From NCBI GenBank assembly GCA_015063845.1, contig SVTJ01000005.1:19454-83453 (forward strand): a DNA stretch of 64,000 bases, written 5' to 3'. Within the stretch, counting starts at the first letter, position 1. Each line of letters begins with the position of its first letter. This document shows, piece by piece, positions 1 to 7,017 of this stretch. The notes beneath the pieces are model-generated. The model saw only the letters and a program-made list of their open reading frames with translations. It was not told the origin of the DNA and made no database searches. The position numbers and the translations under genes are program-made. This stretch comes from Oscillospiraceae bacterium. GTDB lineage: Bacteria > Bacillota > Clostridia > Oscillospirales > CAG-272.

Positions 1-306
1 CTGCACATCCTCGGCAAGAACTCCTACGAGATCACAAGACCCGTATTCTTCGACGAGACAATGAAGCTTAAGTATGCTGAGAACGTTGACGACTCCGATA
101 TGTGGGATATGGTTATCAACTCCCAGTCCTACGACCTCGGTAAGGTATTCTGCGAGCAGATCGGTGACAAGTCTCCTACGGTTAACAACTTCAGAGAGTG
201 CATCAGGCTTACGACCAACGACTGGAACGGTAAGCTGACCGCAAACCGCAAGGCTATCAACAATTCTCTTACAACCTTGAACGAACAGTTCAAGACACTC
301 CAGTAA
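1..306 (+). CDS. 3' end of a gene truncated by the window edge; hypothetical, possibly secreted or solute-binding-type protein
   Basis: Frame 1 is open from base 1 to TAA 304-306, so the Met at 61 in the ORF track is internal. Codon style matches the following genes. No diagnostic motif in the 101 aa visible. Confidence 0.35.
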   Translation: MHILGKNSYEITRPVFFDETMKLKYAENVDDSDMWDMVINSQSYDLGKVFCEQIGDKSPTVNNFRECIRLTTNDWNGKLTANRKAINNSLTTLNEQFKTLQ

Positions 307-332
307 CCTAAATCTTGGGAGGAAAAATAATT

Positions 333-2327
333 ATGAAGAAGCTTTCTTTCGCAATGGCATTGATCATGATCCTTGCTATTTGCGCATCTACCCTTGGTAT
401 GACTGCTTCCGCAGCTACTTACGCGGCTGATACGGTTGCGGTTATGTCCGACGGAACAGCAACAAAAGAGTACTCCAACCTTGCAACAGCTTTCGCTGAG
501 TACAAGGGTGGCGAGACACTTACACTCGTTAAGGACGTTACAGTAACAGAGCCCATCACTATTGAGGGCAGATCCGACACGGGCGTTAAGAAGACACTCA
601 CCATTGACGGTGCAGGCAAGACTATCACTTGCACACTTAACGCGGACGTTTTCGCGTTCACACTCAATCACACTGATTTGGAGTTCAAGGACCTCACGGT
701 CACAAGTAACTACAGCTGCTTTGACGTAGCAGGTCAGACCTCCGTAGTATTCACAAACACCAACATCCTGGCAGGTGGCACGAAGATCGATGAGCACTTC
801 GCTGACGATGTTGACCACACAAATCCCGGTACTGCTATCAAGCAGAACAACAACAACAAGGGTTACGTTGAGGTAAACGGCGGTGTTATCAAGGGAACAG
901 GTACTCGTATAACAACGACAGACACTTCCAAGAATCCCCCCGAATCTAAGACAACCTACAAGAGTAAGGACGTTATCGACGTTCGTTACGGTAGAGCAGT
1001 TCTCAACAACCCCACCGTTATCGGTTACTTCACAGAAATTCTTTTCCAGGTAGGTGAGGCTGCTGTTCCCGAAGGCGGTGAAGAGGCTCTTACGGCTGCA
1101 GGCTGGATCAACGGCGGTACGTACGTTCTTTACAGCAAGGATTCCAACGCGTCTAACTCTGTTTGCGTACGTGCGTACAGAGGCGCTCTCCTTACAATAT
1201 TCGACGGTACTTTCGTAGTTTACAATAAGGCAAACAGTTATGGCTCATCTGTTGTCGGAACACACTCCTCGGGCGGTACACACACGTATATCCTCGGCGG
1301 TAAGTTCTACAACATGTCCGAGCGCGCAAAGTCCGTTCTTATCGGACATAACGCTGCTAAGAACAACGTTGCTAATATGGAAGCTTGTATGTTCCTTCAT
1401 ATGTACGGCGGTGAGTTCTACTCCACTATCGTAGCCGATAGAGTTGAGTACAACATAGACACAGAGACAGCTGTTATCCGTAACAAGGGCGAATTCACAA
1501 AGACCGATAAGGCGACTGTAACTGTTGCCGATCCTTACAAGACAAAGCTTAACACAGACTTCAACTACTGGAAGTTCACTGCTAAGTACGACGCAACCAC
1601 CCCTGATCCCAATGCTAAGATCAAGGTTCAGAACGGCGATAAGGTATACTACACCAACTCTCTCTGGAAGGCTCTCAACGCTTTCTCCGCAGACGGCGCA
1701 GTAGTAACACTTCTCTCCGATATCACTCTTGACAAGGAGTGCATAATGATCGCAAGAGACGCTGATATCACTCTTGACCTCAACGGCAAGAAGATCACAG
1801 TAGCTGACGGCGTATCCAACGCTATCCGTTGCCAGATGGGTAACCTTACGATCAAGAACGGTAGCCTTGTAAACAACGGCGGTAGCGTACTTAACTTCGG
1901 TTATGCTCCTATCGACTTCGGCGATGATTTCGAGAACGTAGGATTTGCAAACTACAACGTTGACGTAACTCTTGACGGCGTTGCTGTTACCTCTAACGGT
2001 GCGGCATACGTTATCCAGTGCGTAAACGAGGGTACTCTTACATTCAAGGGTGCAAGCACAGTTAACGGCGCAGCTCCCGAGGCAGCAACTGTTAACATCA
2101 AGGGTATGGCTGATCTCACAAGACCCGGTGAGGGCGACACAGGTTCCGATGAGGAGCCCACAGAGGAAGAGCCCACAACAGATGCACCCGCAACTGATGC
2201 AGCTCCTTCCGACGGCGCAACCGCTCAGAAGGGCGGATGCGGCAATTCTATCGGAGTAGGCGCATTTGCAGTTATGGCAGTTGCAGGTCTCGCTTGCGGT
2301 ATCGTTTCCAAGAAGCGTGAGGACTAA
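333..2327 (+). CDS. Secreted cell-surface protein with beta-helix/adhesin-like repeats and a C-terminal membrane anchor
   Basis: GGGAGG at 317-322 precedes ATG 333, so the TTG 315 start in the track is unlikely. Signal peptide MKKLSFAMALIMILAICASTLGMTASA. Two related segments (..LTLVKDVTVTEPITIEG..KTLTIDGAGKTIT and ..VTLLSDITLDKECIMIARDADITLDLNGKKIT). Acidic Pro/Thr/Glu linker, then GGCG, a hydrophobic helix and KKRED at the C-terminus. No LPXTG. Confidence 0.6.
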   Translation: MKKLSFAMALIMILAICASTLGMTASAATYAADTVAVMSDGTATKEYSNLATAFAEYKGGETLTLVKDVTVTEPITIEGRSDTGVKKTLTIDGAGKTITCTLNADVFAFTLNHTDLEFKDLTVTSNYSCFDVAGQTSVVFTNTNILAGGTKIDEHFADDVDHTNPGTAIKQNNNNKGYVEVNGGVIKGTGTRITTTDTSKNPPESKTTYKSKDVIDVRYGRAVLNNPTVIGYFTEILFQVGEAAVPEGGEEALTAAGWINGGTYVLYSKDSNASNSVCVRAYRGALLTIFDGTFVVYNKANSYGSSVVGTHSSGGTHTYILGGKFYNMSERAKSVLIGHNAAKNNVANMEACMFLHMYGGEFYSTIVADRVEYNIDTETAVIRNKGEFTKTDKATVTVADPYKTKLNTDFNYWKFTAKYDATTPDPNAKIKVQNGDKVYYTNSLWKALNAFSADGAVVTLLSDITLDKECIMIARDADITLDLNGKKITVADGVSNAIRCQMGNLTIKNGSLVNNGGSVLNFGYAPIDFGDDFENVGFANYNVDVTLDGVAVTSNGAAYVIQCVNEGTLTFKGASTVNGAAPEAATVNIKGMADLTRPGEGDTGSDEEPTEEEPTTDAPATDAAPSDGATAQKGGCGNSIGVGAFAVMAVAGLACGIVSKKRED

Positions 2328-2429
2328 TTAACAATAAGCTTAGATTTTAATAATTAAGCACACCAAAGGTGGGGGTACGCAGTTGACGGTGTGCCCCCAC
2401 TGCATTTGATTATTTGATAGGGAAAAAAC

Positions 2430-3833
2430 ATGAAAAAATACGCTTATAATTTTGAAATTGCCGTTATCGGTGCAGGTCCTGCGGGAATATGCGCGGCTCT
2501 CGCCGCAGCAAGACGCGGACATAAGGTAATAATGCTCGATAAGAACGGTTTCCTTGGCGGCAACGCAACTCTCGGTCTGCCGCTTCTCGGATTTCTTGAC
2601 CTTGACGGCAGAAGAATAGTCGGCGGAATTGCTCAGGAGCTGGTTGAAAAGCTTCAGAAGAGAGGCTCTTGTCTCGGTCACCGCACCTGCCCTAAGCACA
2701 ATTCCACCACTAATATCAATCCCGAGGATTTCAAGCTCCTCGCTATCGAGATGTGCCGCGAGGCAGGTGTCGAGATACTGCTTCACTGTGAGGCAGCTGC
2801 CGTAAATAAGGAAAACGGCAAGATAAAGACGGTACAGCTCTACGGAAAGGGCAACGTTATCGAGATAACTGCTGACATATTCCTTGACTGTACAGGCGAC
2901 GGCGACGTTGCTTACCTTGCGGGCTGCTCTTATGAAATGGGACGCGGCGAGGCTCAGGTGCTTCAGCCCCCCACGGTAATGTTCACGCTTGAGAACGTCG
3001 ACACGGCAAAGCTGTTCGACTATATCGAGGCTCATCCCGAGGAGATGACTTACAGCGCGACCATTGAGCACCGCCCGGGTTACGATGCTGACTACTTCCG
3101 CAGAAGCGATAACCACGTTTTCGTAGGACTTCGTCAGATATTTACAAGACTTCGCGAAGAGGGCAAGCTCCCCGTAGAGAGAGAAACGCTCATCTACATC
3201 AAGAGCCTTAACCCCGGTGAGGTATACGTAAACTCCACCAGAATGCTCAATACCGACGCAACGGATATCCTCTCGCTTACCAAGGCAGAGCTTGACGGTC
3301 AGCTTCAGACCGCAAAGCTTACCGAGGTGCTCAGAGAAAACGTTCCCGGCTTTGAAAACTGCTTCATTTCCGCTATTCAGCCGTCTATCGGTGTTCGTGA
3401 GACAAGACGTTTCTCGGGTATCTACAAGCTTACGGCAGACGAGATCTGCGCGGGTAATATAGACGACCAGACCATAGCACTCGGAGCATATAAGATCGAT
3501 ATCCATTCGGGTACTGACCGCACAACGATATTCAAGTCGGTCAAGGCTCCGTTTGGTATTCCTTACGGTGTTCTCGTCAGCAACGAGATCTCTAACCTTA
3601 TGTTTGCAGGAAGATGTGTATCCTGTGACAACGAGGTCCTTGCAGCTATCCGTATTATGCCTCAGTGCATGAATATGGGTGAGGCAGCAGGTATCGGCGC
3701 GGCTATGGCGCTTGAGAATAACGTAACGCCCGCTGAGGTGGACGTTGCTGCTCTTCGTAAAGCTCTTCTCGACGGCGGCGCGATCCTTTCTATGGATCAG
3801 GTCTACGTCCACGACGACGATATGCAGGGCTAA
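2430..3833 (+). CDS. FAD-dependent oxidoreductase (FAD_oxidored/PF12831-like)
   Basis: N-terminal dinucleotide-binding motif AVIGAGPAGICAALAAARRGHKVIMLDKNGFLGGN, and a later DCTGDGDVA motif typical of this family. Confidence 0.8.
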   Translation: MKKYAYNFEIAVIGAGPAGICAALAAARRGHKVIMLDKNGFLGGNATLGLPLLGFLDLDGRRIVGGIAQELVEKLQKRGSCLGHRTCPKHNSTTNINPEDFKLLAIEMCREAGVEILLHCEAAAVNKENGKIKTVQLYGKGNVIEITADIFLDCTGDGDVAYLAGCSYEMGRGEAQVLQPPTVMFTLENVDTAKLFDYIEAHPEEMTYSATIEHRPGYDADYFRRSDNHVFVGLRQIFTRLREEGKLPVERETLIYIKSLNPGEVYVNSTRMLNTDATDILSLTKAELDGQLQTAKLTEVLRENVPGFENCFISAIQPSIGVRETRRFSGIYKLTADEICAGNIDDQTIALGAYKIDIHSGTDRTTIFKSVKAPFGIPYGVLVSNEISNLMFAGRCVSCDNEVLAAIRIMPQCMNMGEAAGIGAAMALENNVTPAEVDVAALRKALLDGGAILSMDQVYVHDDDMQG

Positions 3834-3840
3834 ACCGTAA

Positions 3841-3896
3841 AGAACGCGGAGACGCGAGGACGCGAGGATGCGAGGACGCGAGGACGCGAGGACGCG
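3841..3896 (+). repeat. Tandem array of seven 8-nt units (consensus AGGACGCG)
   Basis: Units are agaacgcg gagacgcg aggacgcg aggatgcg aggacgcg aggacgcg aggacgcg. The array starts 7 nt after the TAA of the upstream CDS. Confidence 0.95.
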
Positions 3897-3930
3897 TTGA
3901 GGGGAACTTCTTGAAAGAAGTTCCCCTCAA
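3897..3930 (+). repeat. Module B: 34-nt perfect palindrome/hairpin
   Basis: TTGAGGGGAACTTCTT-GA-AAGAAGTTCCCCTCAA. Variants occur at 9635-9670, 33298-33333, 56911-56944 and 7018-7047. Confidence 0.95.
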
Positions 3931-4017
3931 ACTCCCTTCAAGAACTTTAAAACTAAATTGTTATTGGTGTAGCCGTAAAAAAGATATAACTTTATTGGTT
4001 TTATTATAAGGAAAAAA

Positions 4018-4055
4018 CTCGTCGGACGATAGATCACCGACGAGTTTTATTTTTA
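4018..4055 (+). terminator. Intrinsic terminator embedded in repeat module C
   Basis: CTCGTCGG-11 nt loop-CCGACGAG followed by TTTTATTTTTA and preceded by an A-run. The same structure occurs at 9759-9796, 33422-33459 and (variant loop) 57031-57060. Confidence 0.8.
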
Positions 4056-4112
4056 TGGGTATTGTATATGAATGCGTAAAAATTAAATACACGAGCCCGA
4101 ATGAAGAATGAT

Positions 4113-4258
4113 AAATTAGGATTTATCGGTGTGTTGAATTACAATTCCGTAGGGGCGATTCACGAATCGCCCGCCACGAGAACATAATGCTATAAACGGG
4201 CGATTCGTGAATCGCCCCTACGATTTGATGGATCTAACTATTCGACAAATCCTAATTT
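4113..4258. repeat. Module D: REPIN-like foldback with two inverted GTAG-headed palindromes, bounded by inverted AAATTAGGATTT ends
   Basis: Left end is AAATTAGGATTTATCGGTGTG and right end is CGACAAATCCTAATTT. CGTAGGGGCGATTCACGAATCGCCCG (4148-4173) and its exact reverse complement (4197-4222) are separated by 23 nt. The second copy at 10062-10207 differs at 2 positions. Confidence 0.9.
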
Positions 4259-4466
4259 GAAAGTGCACAAATGGCATCGCATTGCAACAAAGGCTCCCTG
4301 CGGAGGGAGCTGTCGAGCGAATGCGAGACTGAGGGAGAGCGCGTGTACAATAGCGTTATATCTTACCTCCGTATGCACGCTGGCTCCTTCCACCACTTCG
4401 TGGTCCCCCTCCCTCTCGGAGGGAGGCTTATGGGTGCTGTGCGAACACACCGACAAATCCTAATTT
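4259..4466 (+). repeat. Module E: 208-bp hairpin-rich cassette (candidate non-autonomous mobile element or structured RNA)
   Basis: Differs at 3 of 208 positions from the reverse complement of 9854-10061. Hairpins at 4293-4310 (GCTCCCT-GCGG-AGGGAGC), 4392-4404 and 4408-4426 (CCTCCCTC-TCG-GAGGGAGG). Right end is GGGTGCTGTGCGAACACACCGACAAATCCTAATTT. Confidence 0.9.
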
Positions 4467-4601
4467 GAAGCACAATTCCTTGATTTGTTTTTCTCTTTCT
4501 TATATTGTTTTTTTAAAAGAAAAGTAAGAATTCTATTGATTTTGGGAGTTTTGTGTGATATAATTAATTTAACTATGAATATCAACGAAAGGAATTCTGA
4601 T

Positions 4602-6995
4602 ATGTCAACAAAAAACAACTATTGGGTAAAGTACACCGGTGGTAAATGCAAGGACGCTTGCGTTGTTCAGGGCGACAAGTACCGCTTTAGCGTTTTGTCG
4701 AGCATGCTCATTCGTCTTGAGTATAGCGAGGACGGCGTTTTTGAGGACAGACCCTCTCAGGTGGCACTTAACAGAGATTTTGACGTTCCCGATTTTCACG
4801 TAAGAGAGCTTGACGGATTTCTCGAGATCTTTACCGAGCACTTCCAGCTCGTTTATAAGGGCGGAGAATTCACACCCGATACTCTTTACATAGAAGCAAA
4901 GAACAACTACACCAACTACGGCGCGAGATGGAGATTTGGTGAGGCTCAGTACGGTAATCCTCCCAGACATCACAACCTTCTCGGTACTGCTCGTACGCTT
5001 GATAAGATGGACGGAAAGGTCGAGATGGAGCACGGTCTTATAGACTCCAGCGGACGTACCTTTATCGACGACACTGCATCCTTGCTTTTCGATGAAGAGG
5101 GCAGACTTGTACCCAGACGCGAGGGAACTGTTGACGTATATTTCTTCTCATACGGACACAACTACTTCGAGGCACTCAAGCAGTACTATAAGCTTACGGG
5201 TATGCCTCCTATGCTTCCTCGTTATGCATACGGTAACTGGTGGTCGAGATACCACGATTATACCGACAAGGAGTACACCGAGCTTGTTGACCGCTTCCGC
5301 GCTGAGGACTTTCCTTTCTCCGTTGCCGTCCTTGATATGGACTGGCATATCACAAAGGTAGACCCCAAGTACGGTAAGGGCTGGACGGGCTACACTTGGA
5401 ACAGAGAGCTTTTCCCCGATCCTCCCGCATTCCTCAAGTCGCTTCACGACAAGAATATGCACACGTCTCTCAATATTCACCCCGCAGACGGTGTTCAGGG
5501 CTTTGAGGACGCGTACGAGGCAGTTGCTAAGGAGATGGGCATTGACCCCAAGAGCGACGACCCCGTAAGATTTGACTTTACCGATCCTAAGTTTATAGAC
5601 GCATACTTCAATCTTCTCATACATCCTCTTGAGGACGACGGCGCTGACATCTGGTGGATAGACTGGCAGCAGGGAAAGAGCTCGGGTATCAAGGGACTTG
5701 ACCCGCTCTGGCTTCTCAACCACTTCCACTATCTTGACTCCTGCCGTGGCGGCAAGAGAGGTATGATACTCTCCAGATACTCGGGTTGGGGTAGCCAGCG
5801 TTATCCTCTCGGCTTCTCTGGAGACACCATTGCGTCTTGGGCTTCTCTCAACTTCCAGCCTTACTTTACAGCTACTGCTGCAAACGTAGGATATACATGG
5901 TGGAGCCACGATATCGGTGGATTTACAAGAGGAACGGGAAGCAAGGAAATGCTGCTTCGTTGGATACAGCTCGGAGTATTCTCTCCCGTAATGAGACTTC
6001 ACTCCAGCTCCAACCCCTACTGTCTCAAGGAGCCTTGGCTTATGGACGGTATCCACTACGATACCTTCAAGAAGTTCTTGCACCTGCGCTACGAGCTCAT
6101 TCCTTATATGTATACAGCGGCTTACCGTTGCCATGCAGAGGGAATTCCCAATATTCATCCTATCTACTACGTATATCCCGATGTTCCCAAGGCATACGAA
6201 TGCCTCAACCAGTATTTCTTTGGCAGCGAGCTTATGGTATGTCCTATTACAAAGGAGATGGACAAGGAAACTCAGATGGGCAGCATGAAGGTATGGTTGC
6301 CTGAGGGAGTTTGGACGGATATGTTCTCTGGACACACATACAGAGGTAACCACAGCGTAACCATCAACCGTAGAATAACCGACCAGGCTGTTCTTGCTAA
6401 GGCAGGCGCGATAGTTCCTCTCGCTGTTCGTAAGGATAACGAGACGCTCAATCCCGATGCATTCAAGGTTCTCGCGTTCCCCGGTGGAGAGGGAAGCTAC
6501 ACGCTGTTTGAGGATAGCGGTGACGGATACGAATTTGAGCAGGGCAAGAAGGTTGCAACCAAGTTCGAGATGAAGAACTGCGACGGTGGAATGAACTTCA
6601 CTATTCACGCAGAGGGCGATATGAGCATCGTTCCCGCAGAGCGTAAGTACGAGCTTTGCTTCCGCGGATTTGAGCCCTTTGAGGTTGAGACCGAAGTTCC
6701 TTGCACGACCTCTTACGACAAAGAGACGCGCACGCTCAGCGTAAAGCTTGAGGCAGTCGCAACGACCAAGGATATCACCGTTAAGATGGTAGAGCCCAAG
6801 ATGGATACTCATAAGGACGCATACGAGAGAGTACGCGACTTCCTTATCCATTCCGAGGTTCCCGTTCGCACGAGAAACCTTGTCGACGCTGTTTGCCGCG
6901 AGCCCGTTTCGGTTGGAGAGATGGTTCAGTCGCTTCACACGCTTGATATTTCTCCCGAGGTGTTCGGAGTTATCTGCGAGCTTATGTTCTCTTAA
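4602..6995 (+). CDS. Glycoside hydrolase family 31 protein (alpha-glucosidase/alpha-xylosidase type)
   Basis: GAAAGGA RBS precedes ATG 4602; the upstream part of the track ORF lies in AT-rich non-coding sequence. GH31-type motifs KGWTGYTWNRELFPDP, DIWWIDWQQG and WSHDIGGF. Confidence 0.85.
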   Translation: MSTKNNYWVKYTGGKCKDACVVQGDKYRFSVLSSMLIRLEYSEDGVFEDRPSQVALNRDFDVPDFHVRELDGFLEIFTEHFQLVYKGGEFTPDTLYIEAKNNYTNYGARWRFGEAQYGNPPRHHNLLGTARTLDKMDGKVEMEHGLIDSSGRTFIDDTASLLFDEEGRLVPRREGTVDVYFFSYGHNYFEALKQYYKLTGMPPMLPRYAYGNWWSRYHDYTDKEYTELVDRFRAEDFPFSVAVLDMDWHITKVDPKYGKGWTGYTWNRELFPDPPAFLKSLHDKNMHTSLNIHPADGVQGFEDAYEAVAKEMGIDPKSDDPVRFDFTDPKFIDAYFNLLIHPLEDDGADIWWIDWQQGKSSGIKGLDPLWLLNHFHYLDSCRGGKRGMILSRYSGWGSQRYPLGFSGDTIASWASLNFQPYFTATAANVGYTWWSHDIGGFTRGTGSKEMLLRWIQLGVFSPVMRLHSSSNPYCLKEPWLMDGIHYDTFKKFLHLRYELIPYMYTAAYRCHAEGIPNIHPIYYVYPDVPKAYECLNQYFFGSELMVCPITKEMDKETQMGSMKVWLPEGVWTDMFSGHTYRGNHSVTINRRITDQAVLAKAGAIVPLAVRKDNETLNPDAFKVLAFPGGEGSYTLFEDSGDGYEFEQGKKVATKFEMKNCDGGMNFTIHAEGDMSIVPAERKYELCFRGFEPFEVETEVPCTTSYDKETRTLSVKLEAVATTKDITVKMVEPKMDTHKDAYERVRDFLIHSEVPVRTRNLVDAVCREPVSVGEMVQSLHTLDISPEVFGVICELMFS

Positions 6996-7017
6996 GTTAA
7001 TTGAATATTATATTAAG

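Larger units (their letters stand above)
3841..4466. repeat. Composite repeat locus 1, module order A(8-mer array)-B(hairpin)-C(terminator module)-D(REPIN-like)-E(+)
   Basis: Module-by-module near identity to 9595-10207 and 33266-33773, read directly from the sequence. Confidence 0.95.

Noticed and set aside
315-332. TTG start at 315 for the surface protein, and similar upstream starts given in the ORF track (4485, 7140, 13211, 26771, 36244, 38958, 42125, 55499, 55730, 56325, 57283, 62821).
   Set aside because: In each case a downstream ATG is preceded by a well-spaced GGAGG-type RBS. The extra N-terminal residues either overlap the RBS, an upstream gene or non-coding AT-rich sequence, or they disrupt the family's conserved N-terminus.
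2340-3812. Long antisense ORFs shadowing real genes. Examples: 2340-3812(-), 5148-6938(-), 7587-8546(-), 14348-15550(+), 19699-20691(+), 21903-22817(+), 29034-29963(-), 30096-31274(-), 34695-35696(+), 36579-37544(+), 37297-38922(+), 40325-41455(-), 42032-42880(-), 58523-59584(-), 59707-60579(-).
   Set aside because: Each lies entirely opposite a gene with clear family motifs. Their translations are low-complexity and Arg/Ser/Leu/Cys-rich with no motifs or RBS. They are the expected stop-poor antisense frames of codon-biased genes.
3841-3896. Possibility that the 8-nt tandem arrays, or the recurring hairpins, form a CRISPR array.
   Set aside because: The units are 8 nt with no spacers. The longer hairpins are single copies per locus, tens of kb apart. 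No cas genes are present.
3897-3960. Module B plus its tail as integron attC-like recombination sites separating gene cassettes.
   Set aside because: GTTGAGG and ..TTTAAAAC only loosely resemble the GTTRRRY/RYYYAAC core sites and are in the wrong relative order. The hairpin is perfect, with no extrahelical bases, and no integron integrase is present.
4055-4111. 18-codon ORF (MGIVYECVKIKYTSPNEE) inside module C, recurring at loci 2 and 3.
   Set aside because: It has no Shine-Dalgarno sequence and starts immediately after the terminator T-run. Its length differs between copies because of a stop-creating substitution, and it is absent from the 56.9-kb variant (MGI-stop).
4238-4468. Overlapping 65-72 aa ORFs inside module E and its second copy: 4238-4456(-), 4257-4463(+), 4271-4468(+), 9693-10049(-), 9857-10063(-), 9864-10136(+), plus 24337-24522(+).
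   Set aside because: Several frames on both strands are open over the same 200 nt, there is no RBS, and the ORFs run across hairpin arms and into the inverted ends. This fits GC-rich structured DNA or RNA, not a coding gene. With only 3 substitutions between copies, no coding signature can be tested.
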